NCBI GenBank assembly: GCA_023819525.1
Contig: JAMWCT010000045.1
Span: forward strand, 1 to 11,626
Source: Candidatus Omnitrophota bacterium
GTDB taxonomy: Bacteria; Omnitrophota; Gorgyraeia; Duberdicusellales; 4484-171
Direction: 5' to 3'
DNA length: 11,626 bases
Positions 7,396 to 11,626 of the stretch are shown one piece after another. The notes under the pieces were generated by a model that made no database searches, was not told the origin of the DNA, and saw only the letters and a list, made by a program, of their open reading frames with translations. The translations under genes were made by a program, and so were the position numbers. How positions within the stretch are numbered: position 1 is the stretch's first letter; each line of letters opens with the position of its first letter.

Positions 7396-8607
7396 CTATA
7401 AATAGATTATATCGTCTTTATAAAACAAAGAAAGAAATAGTAACATATAATCTCTTAAGTGCCGCGTAATGAGAAAGTTATTTCGGATATGTTCCCTGCC
7501 ATTTTGGCCTAATTTTTTAGCATATTCTGGGCTATTTAAAAATTGTTTTAATGCAAATGCTGCGCCTTCAATAGACCGGCATAATAGCCCCGAATATTTA
7601 TGCTTTATCTGCAAAGGTATGCCACCTACATTAGAGGCAACTACTGGTTTTGCCTTCCAGAGGGATTCTGTAACAGTTAAACCAAAACCTTCCTTTAGAG
7701 ATTTTTGAATAATTATTGTTGAGGCGCGCTGTAATGCATTCACTTCTATATCATTATGTGGTAGAAGAATAACGTGAATGTCTTTATCTTGTTTTGCTTT
7801 TTCTTTTACTTCTTCAAAAACTTTTAAGCCTTCTGGATCATCAGCGGCTGTTCCCCCGGCTAAAATGAGTTGACAATCAATATATTTTTTTACAAGTAAA
7901 TAAGCATCAATCACGCCTATCGGATCTTTTAAGCGATCAAAACGAGAAATTTGGGTAATAATAGGTTTATCTTTTGAAATATTATATTTTTTTAGGACAC
8001 TATCTATAATATTCTGGGGCAATTCTTTATTTTTGTCACTTAAAGGATCAATGGAAGGTGAGATTAGAAATTGCCTAATCGGAAATCTGTGTGAGAAAGC
8101 CGGTGCAGAAAACACTGCTGCATCGTATTTGGTTATAAAATCCATAAGAAATCCAAAAATTCTTTCATTAGGAGTAGAGAGATCAATGTGACAACGCCAA
8201 ATCCATAGATTATTAGATTTTTTCTTTACAAGAACAATTGGTTGGGGATCATGAATAAAAACGATATCTCCATAGATATTTATCTCTTCGAGATTACGAA
8301 GGCTATTCTCCATAAATATATCAAAATCTCGCTGAGTAATTTCTTGTGGTTTCCCATGCAATGCATTATGAAACTTTTTAGTCACCTCAAAAAAATCTTC
8401 TCCACCTTTTATGATATCCCATCTTGCATCCACCCCAACTTCTTTTAATAGAGGAACCATGCGATTTAATATCTCGGCAACCCCACCCCCAACTGAAGTA
8501 GAATTAATATTTTGAATTATCTTACCTTTTAGTTTTTTTGCAATTAATCTCAGGTCATCAATTATAGATTGCCCAACAATAGGAATATAGTCTTCTATTT
8601 TTATCAT
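7396..8607 (-). CDS. treT: TreT-type trehalose glycosyltransferring synthase (GT4; NDP-glucose + glucose <-> trehalose)
   Basis: 403 aa. Against the Pyrococcus/Thermococcus TreT sequences I recall, it shares motifs along its whole length: NSTSVGGGVAEIL, VFIHDPQP, LWIWRCHIDLS.PN, SPSIDPLSDKN.EL, KPIITQISRFD, AGG.A.DDPEG, and EGFGLTVTESLWK.KPVVASNVGGIPLQI. The ATG overlaps the stop of the upstream gene as ATGA (8604..8607). Confidence 0.85.
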   Translation of the reverse strand: MIKIEDYIPIVGQSIIDDLRLIAKKLKGKIIQNINSTSVGGGVAEILNRMVPLLKEVGVDARWDIIKGGEDFFEVTKKFHNALHGKPQEITQRDFDIFMENSLRNLEEINIYGDIVFIHDPQPIVLVKKKSNNLWIWRCHIDLSTPNERIFGFLMDFITKYDAAVFSAPAFSHRFPIRQFLISPSIDPLSDKNKELPQNIIDSVLKKYNISKDKPIITQISRFDRLKDPIGVIDAYLLVKKYIDCQLILAGGTAADDPEGLKVFEEVKEKAKQDKDIHVILLPHNDIEVNALQRASTIIIQKSLKEGFGLTVTESLWKAKPVVASNVGGIPLQIKHKYSGLLCRSIEGAAFALKQFLNSPEYAKKLGQNGREHIRNNFLITRHLRDYMLLFLSLFYKDDIIYL

Positions 8608-9278
8608 ATGCTACTAATTCTATTTTCAATTATTTTTACTAAGGTTTTACGTAGATCTTCTAAGGTATAGGTGTAAGGGTCAAACCTTGAGATTTCTCTA
8701 GCTAATTCTTCATCAGAAAGAGAACTTTCTATCCAGTTAGAAAAATCATTGGTATTTTTTTCTAGTCTTAAGCGCGCTTCAAAAACATGAAAATATATAG
8801 AATCTATAGTTATCTTTTTTAAGATTTCCACGAATTCTTTTAAGTCATATGCAATAAAATTTGTGGGTAAAATAAAACTTATCGATTTCATAAAATGGAA
8901 TTCTTCGCCTTCTCTTGCAAAACTTAATTTAGCTAATGGATTTTCTTTTAAATAATTTTCTATTGTTTGGATTATTTTTTCTCTAAGGCTATGTATATTA
9001 GAAAATTGAATTGTATCAATACTGGCCAATTTTTCTGCCAATTCATCTTCTCCTAATACTTCTCTTACCCAATAGGCAAAATCATTGGGTGGTTCAGGAG
9101 AAAGATATTGGTGTTGTTGCAAGAATCTATGTGTGTGATGATAGATACAAGAACCAGACACTTTTTTTAGAAGTTCTAAAAGCTGCAATAAATTAGAAGC
9201 CTTAAAACCGGTCAACTCGGTTAAATGTATTCGCGTATAAAACCTAAATGGTGTTTTTGCTTTTTTTAATTCTGCCAT
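8604..9278 (-). CDS. Uncharacterised ~224-aa protein built from an internal tandem duplication, embedded in the trehalose operon
   Basis: The ORF-table start at 9296 is a TTG. The first ATG (9278..9276, MAELKKAKTPF..) lies 4 nt after the OtsB stop. The two halves align clearly: LLELLKKVSGSCIYHHTHRF with FVEILKKITIDSIYFHVFEAR; NDFAYWVREVLGEDELAEKLASID with NDFSNWIESSLSDEELAREISRFD; LREKIIQTIENYL with LRKTLVKIIENRI. I recognise no family. Confidence 0.7.
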   Translation of the reverse strand: MAELKKAKTPFRFYTRIHLTELTGFKASNLLQLLELLKKVSGSCIYHHTHRFLQQHQYLSPEPPNDFAYWVREVLGEDELAEKLASIDTIQFSNIHSLREKIIQTIENYLKENPLAKLSFAREGEEFHFMKSISFILPTNFIAYDLKEFVEILKKITIDSIYFHVFEARLRLEKNTNDFSNWIESSLSDEELAREISRFDPYTYTLEDLRKTLVKIIENRISSI

Positions 9279-9282
9279 TTTA

Positions 9283-10071
9283 TTATAGTTCTGCAATAAG
9301 CCTTAAAAAATTTCTTACCTCTTGTGTATTTTTTAGATAATACTGCGCTTCTGTTTTTTTAGGTCTTCCAACAAAAATAGTAATTCCTTTATTGTGCAAC
9401 ACCTCAAAAGCATCTTCATCAGTTAAGTCATCGCCAAGATAAATAGGCATAGTTTCTTTTTTTGTAAAACCAGCATTTAATTTCTCAAGTAGCCACAACA
9501 TTGCTCTACCTTTATTCCAGACCACTGGTGGTGTTATTTCAAAGGCTTTTTTTGCTTTTTTAATCTTTATTTTATTTACTTTTTTATAGGCAGCGGTTGC
9601 TTGATGTAGAATTTTTTTCACTTTTGGTATATTGTTTTTTTTAACTAAACGATAATGTAGGCTTAATGATAACCCTTTATCTTCTATAAACGTTCCTTTT
9701 ATTGTAGATAAATTTATTTTTAACTTATTCCTTATATTTTTAAGTATGTGTTTATATTTAGAGGAAGTTGGATACTTAAACTTTATTTTTGGGCCTTCTA
9801 TTTCTAAACCATGATTGGCGGCATAAATAACTCTATTAATACCTATCTTTTTTTTAATATCTTTTAATGCTCTACCACTAATAATGGCTAATTGACAATA
9901 CCTATTCTTTATCAATCTGCGCAATAGTTTTTTAGTTTCTGGCAATAATGTTGCTTCTTGAGGTGTTTTTGCAATAGGTGTTAGTGTGCCATCGTAATCC
10001 AAAAATAAAATTATATTTTTGTTATTAAATTTTTTCTTTAATTTATCCCACTCATCAAAAAAATATTGCAT
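9283..10071 (-). CDS. otsB: Trehalose-6-phosphate phosphatase (HAD superfamily, OtsB type)
   Basis: 262 aa. HAD motif I is LFLDYDGTLTPI, motif II is AIISGR, and the ANHG.E. and KG.A......GDDLTDEDAF motifs are typical of trehalose-phosphate phosphatase (TPP). The start lies 12 nt after the GT20 gene stop. Confidence 0.9.
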   Translation of the reverse strand: MQYFFDEWDKLKKKFNNKNIILFLDYDGTLTPIAKTPQEATLLPETKKLLRRLIKNRYCQLAIISGRALKDIKKKIGINRVIYAANHGLEIEGPKIKFKYPTSSKYKHILKNIRNKLKINLSTIKGTFIEDKGLSLSLHYRLVKKNNIPKVKKILHQATAAYKKVNKIKIKKAKKAFEITPPVVWNKGRAMLWLLEKLNAGFTKKETMPIYLGDDLTDEDAFEVLHNKGITIFVGRPKKTEAQYYLKNTQEVRNFLRLIAEL

Positions 10072-10083
10072 AAAACTTTTATG

Positions 10084-11626
10084 CTACATTTTCTTTAAGG
10101 CCGCCAATTCCTCAATAATATTTGCTGCCCAGCGGTAAACATTGTTTTCTATTATAGATTTTCGCATATTCTCCATACGTTTCCTTTTTTCTTCTATAGG
10201 CATTTCAATTGCTAACTTTATGGCATCTGCAAATTCTTCAATGTGATAAGGATTGATCTGTATAGCATCGGTTAACTCCTTCGAGGCCCCTGTAAATTGA
10301 CTTAAAATTAAACTTCCTGATAAATCCTTCTTTGCCGCAACATATTCTTTAGCGACTAAGTTCATCCCGTCATGCAAAGAACTGACGATACAAAAGTGTG
10401 CTAACATATAGTAAGGTTCTATTTTTTCTTGTGAGAAATGCCCTTTAAGATATATTATCGGCTTCCAGTTTTCATCAAGATACTTCCAGTTTTTCTTCTC
10501 GATTAGTTCATCTATTTCTCCTATAAGTTGATGATAGCGCTGGATATGCGTTCGGCTTGGAGCAGCCAATTGGATAAAAACAATTTTTTTCTTATATTTA
10601 GGATATTTTTCTAAAAATCTATCTATAGCCAATATCCTTTCTATTATACCCTTGGTATAATCAATTCTATCTACACCAACACCAACTATTTTATCTTTTA
10701 GGTTAAATTCTTCTTTCAATTTTTCAACCTCTCTTATTGCCTCACTATTAGATTTTATATTATTAATATAGCCATCTATACTTATAGGATAGGCCCGCAC
10801 ATATGTTTCCTTTCCGTGTCTTACTACACTAAATTTTTCTGTATCCACTCTAGATTCAAGAAGTCTATTTGCGGTGTCAAGGAAATTGTTGCAGTGATTT
10901 TGCACATGAAATCCAACAAGATCACTTCCTAACAAACCATTTAATATTTCTTCTTGATAAGGACAAATCAAAAAGTTTTCCGGATTTGGCCAAGGAATAT
11001 GCCAAAATAAAGCAATCGTTGCGTCCGGACGTTTTTCTTTAAGCATTTTTGGAAGCAAAGTAAAGTGATAATCTTGGATAAAAATAAAAGGGCTCTTTAC
11101 TGGTAGTTCTTCCAAAATACTTTCACAAAACTTTTGATTTACCTTTTTATACATCTGCCAATCCTTTTCTCTAAAAATAGGCCTTGTGTGGGCGTTGTGA
11201 CAAAGTGGCCACAAGCCTTCATTTGCAAATCCATAATAGTAACCTTCTTCTTCTTCTTTTGAAAGCCATACTCTTTTTAAGATATATCGGTTGTCTTCTG
11301 GTGGAACACCAAGTTTATTTTTAGAATTGACAAATTTTTTATCAGCATTTCCACTACCATGAGCAATCCAGGTGCCACCACAAGCGCATAAAATAGGGTG
11401 TATAGCAGTAACCACCCCACTTGCAGGTCTAATGCATTTTGGCAAGCCAGTAGTTTCATCTAAAACGTGCATATAAGGTTCTCTGTTTGACACCACAAAG
11501 AAAGCATTGTCTCCTATTTTTGCATGGATAAGGTCTTTTAATTTTTTCTCTGTCCAGATTTCTTCTTCGTGTAAACGCGCCTGGGCTTCATCAGAAATTG
11601 TTCTTCTAGCAACCCTTAAAGACAAT
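10084..11626 (-). CDS. otsA: GT20 alpha,alpha-trehalose-phosphate synthase family enzyme (OtsA-like); the 5' end may continue beyond the window edge
   Basis: At least 513 aa. GT20 core motifs are present: VVSNREPY, GG..IAHGSG, YYYGFANEGLWPLCH, FIQDYHF.LLP, LFWHIPWP, LLG.DLVGFH, GVDRIDYTKGI, and LHDGMNLVAKEYVAA. The first codon at the window edge is TTG (11625..11623), so the true N-terminus is probably outside the window. Confidence 0.88.
   Translation of the reverse strand, partial: LSLRVARRTISDEAQARLHEEEIWTEKKLKDLIHAKIGDNAFFVVSNREPYMHVLDETTGLPKCIRPASGVVTAIHPILCACGGTWIAHGSGNADKKFVNSKNKLGVPPEDNRYILKRVWLSKEEEEGYYYGFANEGLWPLCHNAHTRPIFREKDWQMYKKVNQKFCESILEELPVKSPFIFIQDYHFTLLPKMLKEKRPDATIALFWHIPWPNPENFLICPYQEEILNGLLGSDLVGFHVQNHCNNFLDTANRLLESRVDTEKFSVVRHGKETYVRAYPISIDGYINNIKSNSEAIREVEKLKEEFNLKDKIVGVGVDRIDYTKGIIERILAIDRFLEKYPKYKKKIVFIQLAAPSRTHIQRYHQLIGEIDELIEKKNWKYLDENWKPIIYLKGHFSQEKIEPYYMLAHFCIVSSLHDGMNLVAKEYVAAKKDLSGSLILSQFTGASKELTDAIQINPYHIEEFADAIKLAIEMPIEEKRKRMENMRKSIIENNVYRWAANIIEELAALKKM

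Noticed and set aside
7191-7469. 92-aa plus-strand ORF covering the 7226..7395 intergenic region (MPPSKRKSSKEF... from 7254)
   Set aside because: It is antisense to the TreT C-terminus and runs through the probable terminator and promoter region. It has no SD. It is kept only as a remote possibility of a small basic protein.
7469-7708. 79-aa plus-strand ORF
   Set aside because: It is antisense inside treT.
8242-8448. 68-aa plus-strand ORF
   Set aside because: It is antisense inside treT.
9011-9196. 61-aa plus-strand ORF
   Set aside because: It is antisense inside the duplicated-domain protein gene.
9279-9296. Annotated M at 9296 for the duplicated-domain protein
   Set aside because: That codon is TTG and it overlaps the otsB 3' end. 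The ATG at 9278 gives a 4-nt intercistronic spacer and is preferred.
11277-11459. 60-aa minus-strand ORF
   Set aside because: It is in an alternative frame inside the GT20 gene.
1-11626. tRNA, rRNA, CRISPR repeats, IS elements
   Set aside because: No GC-rich ~75-nt cloverleaf-like islands, no regularly spaced direct repeats, and no transposase-like ORFs were seen in any intergenic region. Every gap between genes is shorter than 170 nt.

Overview
The window is very AT-rich, roughly 30% GC by eye, and densely coding. I call 14 protein-coding genes, 13 of them on the minus strand. I found no tRNA or rRNA, no CRISPR array, and no transposase or integrase signature.

Reading the minus strand from high to low coordinates:
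- A four-gene trehalose block (7396..11626) with overlapping or near-overlapping stop and start codons: a GT20 OtsA-family synthase whose 5' end is possibly cut by the window edge, an OtsB-type trehalose-6-phosphate phosphatase, an unrecognised ~224 aa protein that is an internal tandem duplication, and a TreT-type GT4 trehalose synthase.
- A small membrane-anchored coiled-coil protein.
- The only plus-strand gene, a membrane-anchored alpha/beta hydrolase.
- A two-gene unit of a single-pass membrane protein followed by an SPFH/stomatin protein.
- A two-gene unit of an archaemetzincin-like Zn-protease followed by a sodium:solute symporter.
- A glycan-precursor unit headed by a small excisionase-family HTH protein and a specialised NusG paralog (UpxY/LoaP/RfaH-like). 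These are followed by GDP-mannose 4,6-dehydratase and, with an ATGA stop/start overlap, the first ~96 codons of GDP-L-fucose synthase, which run off the left edge of the window.

The most interesting items are the OtsA/OtsB/TreT operon carrying both trehalose routes plus an embedded duplicated-domain protein of unknown function, and the excisionase-HTH plus NusG-paralog pair ahead of gmd/fcl. Product assignments rest on motif recognition from the translations. No database search was run.
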